From the NCBI GenBank assembly GCA_043757045.1, contig JAYVQC010000168.1:1-59101 (forward strand): a stretch of DNA of 59,101 nucleotides, given 5' to 3'. Under the pieces are notes generated by a model, which was not told the DNA's origin, made no database searches, and was given only the letters and a program-made list of their open reading frames with translations. This stretch comes from Akkermansia sp. (GTDB lineage Bacteria; Verrucomicrobiota; Verrucomicrobiia; Limisphaerales; SIBH01). Positions within the stretch are counted from its first letter, which is position 1. Each line of letters begins with the position of its first letter. Shown here in pieces: positions 1-7,787 of the stretch. The position numbers and the translations under genes were made by a program.

Positions 1-1277
1 CCCCCCGCGCTCCGGACCGCCTGCGCCGGGCCACGCGCTGGATGGCGCGCGGTGTGGTGAAGGGATTGCCCTTCGGCAAATTGGAATTCCAAAACATCAC
101 GCCGGAAACATTTTCTCCGTCGTGCATTGTCATCAGCAACCACCAGTCCGCCGTGGACGTGATGCTGATGGTGAGCCTGCCTGCCGATGTGCGGCAGACG
201 GCGAAGAAGCGCGTCTTCGAGTCGCCGCTGCTCGGCATCGGCTGTCAGTTGCTCGGGCATGTGATGGTCGAGCCGAACGACCCGGCGAAGACGCTGGAGC
301 GCTGTCGCGCGCGACTGGCCGAGGGCGCGAGCGTGCATTTTTATCCCGAGGGCACGCGGTCGAAGGACGGCTTCATTGATCGTTTTCATCGCGGCGCGTT
401 TGAGCTGGCCATCGAGTTGCGGCAGGAGATTTTGCCCGTGGTCATCTGCGACTCGAACACCGCCATGCCGCGCGACGCCTACTGGTTCGAGCCGTATCAC
501 GCCACAGTGCGCGCGTGGCCGCGCATCACGCCGCAGAATTTCGATTACTCGCAAGGCGTCGTGCCGCTGATGAAACACTGCGAAGCCGTGGTGCGCGAGG
601 CGTTGCAGCAGCAACTCGACGCCATCAACACGCCGCGTGTCGTGCGCCGCAAGGTCAACCGCCTCTACCGCTACCAGGGAAAATTCATCGAGCAGTTCGT
701 GTTCTGGAAGATGAAGACGGACCCGGTCTTCAGCGCGCTGGATTCCGTGGTGCCGCGCCGTGGGTTCATCCTCGATCTCGGTTGCGGCTACGGCCTGGCC
801 ACGCACTGGCTCTCGTGCTTCACCGACACGCGCACGTTGCTCGGCGTGGACTACGACGAGGAGAAAATCCGCACCGCCCGTCGCACCGCGCCGGAACATC
901 CGCGCCTTCGATTCGAGGAAGGCGACGTGCTGAACTTTGATTATCCCGCGTGCGACGCCGTGCTGCTGCTCGACGTGCTGCACTATTGGGTGCCGGAGAA
1001 GCAGCAGTTGATTCTGGAGAAGGCGCGGCGTGCGTTGCGTCCCGGTGGCGTGCTCATCCTGCGCGACGGCGCGCGCGCCGAGAACGCCGCCCACCGCCGC
1101 GTGCATTTCTTTGAAAAGCTCGCCACCCGCGTCGGCCACAATCGCACGCAGGAAGGATTGCACTTCCAAACCCTCGCCGAACTGGAAGCCATGCTGAAAC
1201 GCGCGGGCTTCACCACTTGGGAACTCAAGCGCGAGGCGGGACGTGACTCAAACGTGATGCTGGTGGCGCGAACCTAA
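1..1277 (+). CDS. PlsC-type lysophospholipid acyltransferase domain fused to a class I SAM-dependent methyltransferase domain; 5' end probably lies left of the window
   Basis: ORF 42..1277 (411 aa), but the frame stays open back to nt 3. Acyltransferase block I NHQSAVD and block III PEGTRS lie in the first ~110 residues. The second half has SAM motif I ILDLGCGYG, then VLLLDVLHYW and GGVLILRD. The TAA stop at 1275-1277 directly abuts the stop of the convergent gene (1278-1280). Confidence 0.8.
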   Translation, partial: PRAPDRLRRATRWMARGVVKGLPFGKLEFQNITPETFSPSCIVISNHQSAVDVMLMVSLPADVRQTAKKRVFESPLLGIGCQLLGHVMVEPNDPAKTLERCRARLAEGASVHFYPEGTRSKDGFIDRFHRGAFELAIELRQEILPVVICDSNTAMPRDAYWFEPYHATVRAWPRITPQNFDYSQGVVPLMKHCEAVVREALQQQLDAINTPRVVRRKVNRLYRYQGKFIEQFVFWKMKTDPVFSALDSVVPRRGFILDLGCGYGLATHWLSCFTDTRTLLGVDYDEEKIRTARRTAPEHPRLRFEEGDVLNFDYPACDAVLLLDVLHYWVPEKQQLILEKARRALRPGGVLILRDGARAENAAHRRVHFFEKLATRVGHNRTQEGLHFQTLAELEAMLKRAGFTTWELKREAGRDSNVMLVART

Positions 1278-2951
1278 TCAGGAGGCAGTGATGATGCCCA
1301 AGGCCAGGGCCTCGTCGCGAATCTTCCCGCCCACGGCTTTCTTGATTTCCTCGACGCGCGCGAATCGTTCCTTCTCCAAGCCGGCCTCCACGAGGCATTT
1401 TTTCACCTGCCACCAGCCGACATCCCAATGCTCGGCTTTGAACTTCGAGGTGGGCAGGTCTTTGAAATTCTTGAAGAAGGCCAGGTAGATTTTGCGACCG
1501 GTCTCCAGAAGTTCCTCGCAGGCGGCGTCCAGCTTTTGGCCGGCCAGCCAGTTGGCGACGAAGCGATCACCGGCATCTTGTTGAAGCGTGCGCGTGATGT
1601 CGGAGTCGGAAATCTCCCACTTCTTCACCACCGAAATCTTGAACGGGAAAAAATGGTTCACGATTTGAAACACCTTTCCGTCGTAAGCCACGTTGCGCAG
1701 CGAGGCGGTCTGGTTGGAGTCGGCGAAGAGGCTCCAGACGGCGCAGCGACGGACGAAACTCACGCCGGGCTTTTCCACCGGCTGGAGAAACTGATCACGG
1801 TCGTTGATCCAACTCTTGCGGACGTTCTTGCGCACGGCGTGGACGATCATCGCCTGGTCGAAGTTCTCCGGTACGACGGACAGCGCGCCTGCACTGACAT
1901 ACGGGCCGGAGAGCAGCGCCACGTTATTGTAGTTCTGCACGTCGTTGCCCTTGCACATCAACGAGGCGAGAAAACCCTTCGCCACGCGGTCGCGAACATC
2001 TCCGTTGTCGCCTTTGACGGTGATGGCCCCGCCGAGCGGCGGAAAGATTTCCGTGGCCGGCACGCGGTCAATCCACTTGCTCAGGAAACGGTCGCGATGT
2101 TCGGAGACGATCAGCTTGCGGCCAATCTTGCTGGTGTCGTCGTCCAGCACGGTCACTTCCATCTTCTGCGCTTCGAGTTTCTTGTGCTTCGCCAAATCCC
2201 AGACGAGGAAGCCGACGGGAAACGGATTCGCCGCCTGCGTGCCGGAGAAGTTTGCCGACGAGAACACGAAGCCATCCTTGAAGGTGAACTGGAACACTTG
2301 GTCGCGGAACTTCTGGTCGTTGTTCGAGTTGACGTACTTCAGCGTGGAGAAAAGCCCGAGGTGCGCCTGCTTGCCCGCGAATTCATGGCGGATGCGAAAC
2401 AGGAACTGCGCAAATAACTCGCGCGAGACTTCGCCGAGTCCCTGTGCGTGCATGAGCGGGCGAATCTTCGTGTCGCTCACGCTTTTCTTGCTCTCGCCGG
2501 AGTAGCCCGCCTTCTGCGCCGTGGCGAACGGCGGATTGATGAAGATGATCCACTTGATGTCCGGGTCGGCCAAATCCCGGGCCAGATTCCTTGGCAGTTT
2601 CAACAGCGGCGCAGAGAACGATGGTCGGTCCGTGATCTGTTCAACGTCGTCGTTCAGGTAGTCGTATTGAAAGACCGTGGCCTTCGGAAACAACTGCCGG
2701 CAATACCGCGCGTCTGCTTGATGAAGCGTTGAAAGATAGATGCTCGGAAAGGCTTCAATCGGCAGCGACGAGATCAGATTGCCAGTGCCAGCCGCCATGT
2801 CCCAGAGCCGGTAGTTTCTTGTCCACCACTTCGGCCCGATGACGCCCGCCAAGCACTCGTGAGCTTTTTGGACAAAGGTCAGCGGCGTGTAGAAAGCGCC
2901 CTCAAACTTGCGGGCTTGCTCCTTCGTCGGCGCATGGCTGGTCGCCTTCAC
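1278..2951 (-). CDS. Gamma-class N6-adenine DNA methyltransferase plus C-terminal TRD-like region; nuclease-less paralog of the gene immediately upstream
   Basis: 557-aa ORF with its first possible start at GTG 2951. Carries motif X FYTP, motif I WDMAAGTGNL and motif IV IFINPPFA. About 190 consecutive residues after NPPF differ from the 819-aa neighbour at only 3 positions by eye. It lacks that protein's first ~265 residues. Confidence 0.75.
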   Translation of the reverse strand: MKATSHAPTKEQARKFEGAFYTPLTFVQKAHECLAGVIGPKWWTRNYRLWDMAAGTGNLISSLPIEAFPSIYLSTLHQADARYCRQLFPKATVFQYDYLNDDVEQITDRPSFSAPLLKLPRNLARDLADPDIKWIIFINPPFATAQKAGYSGESKKSVSDTKIRPLMHAQGLGEVSRELFAQFLFRIRHEFAGKQAHLGLFSTLKYVNSNNDQKFRDQVFQFTFKDGFVFSSANFSGTQAANPFPVGFLVWDLAKHKKLEAQKMEVTVLDDDTSKIGRKLIVSEHRDRFLSKWIDRVPATEIFPPLGGAITVKGDNGDVRDRVAKGFLASLMCKGNDVQNYNNVALLSGPYVSAGALSVVPENFDQAMIVHAVRKNVRKSWINDRDQFLQPVEKPGVSFVRRCAVWSLFADSNQTASLRNVAYDGKVFQIVNHFFPFKISVVKKWEISDSDITRTLQQDAGDRFVANWLAGQKLDAACEELLETGRKIYLAFFKNFKDLPTSKFKAEHWDVGWWQVKKCLVEAGLEKERFARVEEIKKAVGGKIRDEALALGIITAS

Positions 2952-4600
2952 GATTCAAGTCGCCGAGACGATGCCCAACTCCATCGCCTCGCCGCTGATC
3001 TTCGCGCCGATCTTCTTTTTCAGCGCCTCAACCTGCTTGAACCGCTCGCCCTCCAGTCCCGCCTCGACGAGGCACTTCTTAACCTGCCACCAGCCGGCGT
3101 CCCAATGCTCCACCTTGAATCTTGAAGTGGGCAGGTCTTTGAAATCCCGGTAGAACGCTTGGTAAATTTCACGACCAGCCCCCAAAAGTTCCTCGCACTC
3201 GGCATCCAGCTTTTGTTCCGCCAGCCAGTTCGACACAAAACGGTCGGCGGCGTCGCGAGCCAGTGAACCAGCGATTTCTGAATCGGATATTTTCCACTTT
3301 TTCACGACGGAGACTTTGAACGGGAAGAAGTGGTTGATGATCTGAAACACTTTTCCTTTGTAGCTCACATTCCGCAGCGACGCGGTCTGGTTGGAGTCGG
3401 CGAACAGACTCCAGACGGCGCAGCGGCGGACGAAACTCACGCCGGGCTTGGCCTCCGGTTGGAGAAACTGATCACGGTCATTGATCCAACTCTTGCGGAC
3501 GTTCTTGCGGACGGCGTGGACGATCATCGCCTGGTCGAAGTTCTCCGGCACCACTGACAGCGCGCCCGCGCTGACATACGGGCCGGAAAGCAGCGCAACG
3601 TTGTTGTGGTGCTGCACGTCATTCCCGTTGCACATGAGCGAGGCTAGAAATCCTTCAGCGATTCGGTCTCGAACATCTGTGTTCCCGCCTTTGACCGTGA
3701 TCGCCCCGCCGAGCGGCGGAAAGATTTCTGTGGCCGGCACGCGATCAATCCACTTGCTCAGAAAGCGGTCACGGTGTTCGGAGACGATCAGCTTGCGGCC
3801 GATCTTGCTCGTGTCGTCGTCCAGCACGGTCACTTCCATCTTCTGGGTTTCGAGTTTCTTGTGCTTCGCCAAATCCCAGACGAGGAAGCCGACGGGAAAC
3901 GGGTTCGCCGCCTGCGTCCCGGAGAAATTTGCGGACGAGAACACGAAGCCATCCTTGAACGTGAACTGGAACACCTGATCGCGGAACTTCTGGTCGTTGT
4001 TCGAGTTGACGTATTTCAGCGTGGAGAAAAGTCCAAGGTGCGCCTGCTTGCCCGCGAACTCCTGGCGGATGCGAAACAGGAACTGCGCGAACAATTCGCG
4101 TGAGACTTCACCGAGTCCCTGCGCGTGCATGAGCGGGCGAATCTTCGTGTCGCTCACGCTCTTCTTGCTCTCGCCGGAGTAGCCCGCCTTCTGCGACGTG
4201 GCGAACGGCGGATTGATGAAGATGATCCACTTGATGTCCGGGTTCAGCAGGTCGCGCAGGAGATTGTCCGGGCGCTTGCGTTGGCGGTCGAAGAGGGATT
4301 CGTCATCAAACACGCTCTCCACGTCATCGTTCAAATAGTCGTATTGGAAAACGGTCGCGCCAGGAAACACGCGCTGGCAGTGCTGCACATCTTCGTGATG
4401 AAGCGTCGAGAGGTAGATGCTTTTGTAGGCGTCCGCAGGGAGGAACCATTCGAGATTGCCTGTGCCGGCGGACATGTCCCAGAGGCGATAATTTTTCGTC
4501 CACCACTTCGGCCCGACCACGCGCTCCAGGTAGCTGTGCGCTTTGCGCGCGAAGGCGACGGGCGTAAAAAATTCCCCCGTGAACCGACGGATGGGATCGT
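1278..4600 (-). repeat. Tandem direct duplication of a ~1.65-kb methylase+TRD gene segment (copy 1 at 1278-2951, copy 2 at 2955-~4600)
   Basis: Nucleotide stretches such as 2030-2290 vs 3710-3970 align base for base with only scattered mismatches. The 3' parts (1278-1700 vs 2955-3380) are visibly more diverged. Confidence 0.85.
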
Positions 4601-5414
4601 CCGTCAGCCGGTCCACCTTCGCGAGGATGTTCCGCACCGTGCCGGGGTCCGTGACTTTTTCGTAGTTCGACCAGAACCACTCGTACTCCTTGGGCAGAAT
4701 TTTCTTCGCGCGCCTTTCCTCCGGGCCGATGAGGAAGACCACCTTGTTCTCCTGCCGGTCGTAGAGCGAGCGGCCCTGCTGGATGTCGCACAGGAAGTAG
4801 CGTGAAGACTTGGTGCCGTTGCGCACGGATTCGCCGAAGCACTGGTTCCAGTAAGCGAAAACTTCCTCGAAGTTCTCTTCGGTGATCAGCTTTTTGATCC
4901 GAAAATCAAACTCGGTCTGGGTGGCACGATGATGCGTGAGACTCTGGGTGAACAACTCGTATTCGGCTTCATCAAGCACGTCGAAAACTTTGATGGCTTC
5001 TGTTTCGGCAAACGCGGCGACATCCCCCACCAGTTTTTCGTCCGGCTGGCTGGGGGCCAGTTCCCAGTCGTACTTGCTGTCGTTGTTGAAAAACTTCTGC
5101 CACTTCCTCGTCTCCGTGAAAAAAGCCTGCCGTGAATCCGCCACGCAAATCATGGGCGGAACCACCTTGTCCGCGTAGCCGAGACGGAGCCGCCGAACGT
5201 AGTAAATCACCTGGGCCAGCACCGCCGCGCGCGTGTCCCGCTTCTGGAGGCTACGGGCGAATTTGAACTCGAAGAAAACTTCCGGCGAATACAGGTCGTG
5301 ATGAAACTCCGTGTCGTAGTCCAATCCGAAGTGCCCGGCGTAGGCGTGCTTGACATCCTCTTCGGTCTTCGCCTTGAGAAGCAATTTGCTGAAGCTGGAA
5401 AAGTTTTTCGCCAT
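2955..5414 (-). CDS. Type IIG/IIL (MmeI-like) fused restriction endonuclease-methyltransferase candidate
   Basis: 819-aa ORF with ATG at 5414. The N-terminus has D-x8-E-x-K (HHDLYSPEVFFEFKF) followed by PPMICVAD. From memory, this matches the layout of the MmeI PD-ExK domain (FVDLFWPGILLIEMK ... YVLVCD). Then come FFTP, WDMSAGTGNL, IFINPPFA and a ~380-aa C-terminal region. Confidence 0.7.
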   Translation of the reverse strand: MAKNFSSFSKLLLKAKTEEDVKHAYAGHFGLDYDTEFHHDLYSPEVFFEFKFARSLQKRDTRAAVLAQVIYYVRRLRLGYADKVVPPMICVADSRQAFFTETRKWQKFFNNDSKYDWELAPSQPDEKLVGDVAAFAETEAIKVFDVLDEAEYELFTQSLTHHRATQTEFDFRIKKLITEENFEEVFAYWNQCFGESVRNGTKSSRYFLCDIQQGRSLYDRQENKVVFLIGPEERRAKKILPKEYEWFWSNYEKVTDPGTVRNILAKVDRLTDDPIRRFTGEFFTPVAFARKAHSYLERVVGPKWWTKNYRLWDMSAGTGNLEWFLPADAYKSIYLSTLHHEDVQHCQRVFPGATVFQYDYLNDDVESVFDDESLFDRQRKRPDNLLRDLLNPDIKWIIFINPPFATSQKAGYSGESKKSVSDTKIRPLMHAQGLGEVSRELFAQFLFRIRQEFAGKQAHLGLFSTLKYVNSNNDQKFRDQVFQFTFKDGFVFSSANFSGTQAANPFPVGFLVWDLAKHKKLETQKMEVTVLDDDTSKIGRKLIVSEHRDRFLSKWIDRVPATEIFPPLGGAITVKGGNTDVRDRIAEGFLASLMCNGNDVQHHNNVALLSGPYVSAGALSVVPENFDQAMIVHAVRKNVRKSWINDRDQFLQPEAKPGVSFVRRCAVWSLFADSNQTASLRNVSYKGKVFQIINHFFPFKVSVVKKWKISDSEIAGSLARDAADRFVSNWLAEQKLDAECEELLGAGREIYQAFYRDFKDLPTSRFKVEHWDAGWWQVKKCLVEAGLEGERFKQVEALKKKIGAKISGEAMELGIVSAT

Positions 5415-5481
5415 GCGAATCGCGGTGGGAATTAACAGCCGACTTGGGAAAGGGCGAGAAGGAAGTCGTTGGGACCAGAGC

Positions 5482-6099
5482 TCAAAGCAGCTTCGCGCGT
5501 GGGCCGGCTTCGCGCACCACGGCGCGGGCGTCCACTTCCACCACGGTCTGCTGGCCGAGGAATTCGAGCAGCACCTTCACGCGCTCCTTCGCGGGCATCA
5601 CTTGCGTGATGACGGCGCTCAACCCGTGCATGACGCCGCCAGAAATTTGCACGCGGTCATCCGGCGCAAAGTTCTCGGCGATGACGTGCAATTCCTCCGC
5701 GCCGAGCCGCGCGCGCAATTCGTTCACCACGTCATCCGGCACGGCGGGCGTTATCTCGCCGAAGTGGACGACGTGACTCACGCCGCTCGCGCTGCGCACG
5801 AGGCGGAGCGACTCGCGCAAGCTGAAGCGGGCGAAAAGATAATTGGGGAACAACGCCTCGGTGACCCACACCGGGCCGCGCACGCTGGCTTTTTTGAAAC
5901 GCAGTCGCGGAAGAAAAACGTCCAGCCCTGCCTCGCGCAGGCGCGCGGCGGCGATGTGTTCGTGCTTGGGTTGAGCGCGCACGCAGAACCATGCGGGCGC
6001 GGTGTCAGTGGCGGAGGCGTTCACGGTTTCTTCGGAGCGACAGAGTCCGTCCCGGTCCGGAGCGGGGTCTGGTTCTGGGCCGCGCTTGGCTCGACCCAC
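5482..6099 (-). CDS. Specialised NusG paralog (RfaH/UpxY/LoaP-like transcription antiterminator)
   Basis: NGN domain WFCVRAQPKHEHIAAARL...VTEALFPNYLFARF and KOW-like DDRVQISGGVMHGLSAVITQV. The 205-aa ORF overlaps the upstream gene by 79 nt. An in-frame GTG at 6024 would give 181 aa and a GTGA start/stop overlap with that gene. Confidence 0.8.
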   Translation of the reverse strand: MGRAKRGPEPDPAPDRDGLCRSEETVNASATDTAPAWFCVRAQPKHEHIAAARLREAGLDVFLPRLRFKKASVRGPVWVTEALFPNYLFARFSLRESLRLVRSASGVSHVVHFGEITPAVPDDVVNELRARLGAEELHVIAENFAPDDRVQISGGVMHGLSAVITQVMPAKERVKVLLEFLGQQTVVEVDARAVVREAGPRAKLL

Positions 6100-7001
6100 G
6101 AGCGCGGCACGGGACGCGGGCCGGGCGTCTGGCTGCGGAGTTGCGGCACGAGCCAGTCGAAGCCCGCGAGGTTATCGCGCAGGCGGGCCTCGGCGTCTTC
6201 GTCGGTGTGATTCAACAGGCCGAGCGGCCCATGCCAGCCGCTGTCGCGAATGGTTTTCAGCAGCGACAAATCTAAACTGCCCTGGCCGAGCGGGAGGATT
6301 TTGCGCCCGGTCGTTTCGCCGTCGCGCACCATGCCGTTCAAGTTCAGTGCCACGAGATGCGGTTTCATTTTCTGGAGCAGGGCAGGGAAGCGCGCGAGGT
6401 GCGCGTGACCGTGATGAAGGTTGTACACGATGCCGACGTTGGTGACGCCCGAGGTGCGCAGTTGCTCGACGATGGCGATTTGATTCTCCGGTTCGCCGAA
6501 CCATGCGCCGTGATTGTAGAGCGCAACGGTGCAGCCGATTTTCGCCGCCGCTTCGGCGATGGGTTGGAGACGTTTCGCTTCGGACGCGACGCGGGCCTGT
6601 TGTTCTGCGTCGGTCTTCGTGGGAGCGCCGCTGCCCATGACCCAGAGTTGCGCGTGGATTTGGTTTCGCTCCAGCATGCCGAGAATCTTGCGCGCCTCCT
6701 CATTCAGCGTGGTGGGGAACCACCAGGCGGTGAGTTGCACTCCGTGTTTCTTTAACGCCTCCACTTCCGCGTCCCAGGTCGGGATGTGTTCGGCGCGGTA
6801 GTCATAGGCGAACATCTTGAAGCCGAGCTGCTCCAGCATGGCGGCGCGCTCCTCCGGCCCGCGCTTCTTCGCGTCGAAAGGTACGAGGCACCACGCCAGG
6901 AGATTGGTGTGGGCGAAGAGGTCGTAGTCCGCCGCGCGCGCGGGAAGTGCGACGGCCAGCAGCGCGAACAACGCGAGGAGGCGGCGTGGTGAATGCGACA
7001 T
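6021..7001 (-). CDS. Secreted xylose-isomerase-like TIM-barrel protein (sugar phosphate isomerase/epimerase family)
   Basis: Part of the 590-aa ORF 6021..7793. The internal ATG at 7001 gives MSHSPRRLLALFALLAVALPARA, a clean signal peptide. The body has TIM-barrel family features (VALYNHGAWFGEP, VGIVYNLHHGHAH). The upstream 264 codons are Arg/Gly/His-rich junk. Confidence 0.75.
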   Translation of the reverse strand: MSHSPRRLLALFALLAVALPARAADYDLFAHTNLLAWCLVPFDAKKRGPEERAAMLEQLGFKMFAYDYRAEHIPTWDAEVEALKKHGVQLTAWWFPTTLNEEARKILGMLERNQIHAQLWVMGSGAPTKTDAEQQARVASEAKRLQPIAEAAAKIGCTVALYNHGAWFGEPENQIAIVEQLRTSGVTNVGIVYNLHHGHAHLARFPALLQKMKPHLVALNLNGMVRDGETTGRKILPLGQGSLDLSLLKTIRDSGWHGPLGLLNHTDEDAEARLRDNLAGFDWLVPQLRSQTPGPRPVPRSWVEPSAAQNQTPLRTGTDSVAPKKP

Positions 7002-7066
7002 GCGCGTATGGATAGTCGAGACGACGCGCGCGGACAAGCCCGGGCGCGCTCGGACTGCGGGCGAAG

Positions 7067-7095
7067 TTGACACGGTCGCGCGCGTCGCAAACATT
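7067..7095 (+). promoter_or_regulatory. Weak sigma70-like promoter candidate that would give a near-leaderless transcript for the 7104 gene
   Basis: TTGACA at 7067-7072, a 17-nt spacer, then AACATT at 7090-7095. The ATG follows at 7104. The -10 matches only 3 of 6 positions. Confidence 0.2.
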
Positions 7096-7103
7096 CCGCG
7101 CCC

Positions 7104-7529
7104 ATGAGCGAACAAATTATTTTCCCACGCAGCCCGCGCGAAACCATGTGCGGCTGGGTGCACCTGCCCCGTTACCTCGACAAGATTCGGCTGCAGCTCG
7201 CGGGCAAGTTGCACGCGGACTATCAGCCGAATTTGGGCAAGGGCTTCGACGGTCGCTGGCTGCAAACAGCGGGCGTCACGCACGAGCAGATGATGGAGGT
7301 GGTGAAGAATTCCACCACGGACGGCGAGGTCTGCGACTGGGTGCGCCTGAACGTGAAAAAGACGGACGCCGAGAAACGCGCCCACGCGGAGAGCATGTTG
7401 AATTATCCCAAAGCCGATGACGCGGCGATGCAGGAGCGGCTCCAACAGCGCAAGCAATCCGCCGGTCTCGCGCACCGCGACGACTTGAAAAACTTCGTGG
7501 ACTTCATTGACGCGGACGAGAAGCGGTAA
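7104..7529 (+). CDS. DUF5069-like protein
   Basis: 141-aa ORF. The N-terminal PRSPRETMCGWVHLPRYLDKIRL matches my recollection of the DUF5069 signature. No signal peptide. Confidence 0.6.
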   Translation: MSEQIIFPRSPRETMCGWVHLPRYLDKIRLQLAGKLHADYQPNLGKGFDGRWLQTAGVTHEQMMEVVKNSTTDGEVCDWVRLNVKKTDAEKRAHAESMLNYPKADDAAMQERLQQRKQSAGLAHRDDLKNFVDFIDADEKR

Positions 7530-7558
7530 GCCGGAACCATGCAGTGGGAATCCACCCG

Positions 7559-7703
7559 GCCTCACGCCAAGGCCGCGACGAACGCAAAGGAATGGGGTTG
7601 CTCGTGGTGCGAAGTCCTCGCATTGAAAAGTGTTCTTCCGCCACCGGCCAGTCCCTCCAAGTGCGTCTTGATCTTCGCGGCCTTCGCGGCCTTGGCGTGA
7701 GGC
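7559..7703. repeat. 19-bp perfect inverted repeat (7559-7577 / 7685-7703) enclosing ~107 nt; MITE-like element or long structured RNA
   Basis: gcctcacgccaaggccgcg and its exact reverse complement cgcggccttggcgtgaggc. One further A-T pair is possible on the inner side. A short tandem cttcgcggc x2 lies next to the right arm. The element is in the intergenic spacer 7530-7787. Confidence 0.6.
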
Positions 7704-7787
7704 TTCCACGGCATGGCGCGGGTAAGATGGAAACCTCCCGCGTGATTTCCATTGGCGGCAAGACGTGTGGTGAGTCATCAACGGACC

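Noticed and set aside
2952-2957. The idea that TGA is a sense codon here (genetic code 4 or 25), which would fuse the two R-M ORFs.
   Set aside because: TGA closes several well-supported genes in this window at sensible positions. Examples are the Hyi-like gene at 17238, the 3056-aa gene at 40297, the 4774-aa gene at 54655 and the 494-aa gene at 27804. Genome-wide recoding is therefore unlikely. Only local read-through or polymorphism remains possible.
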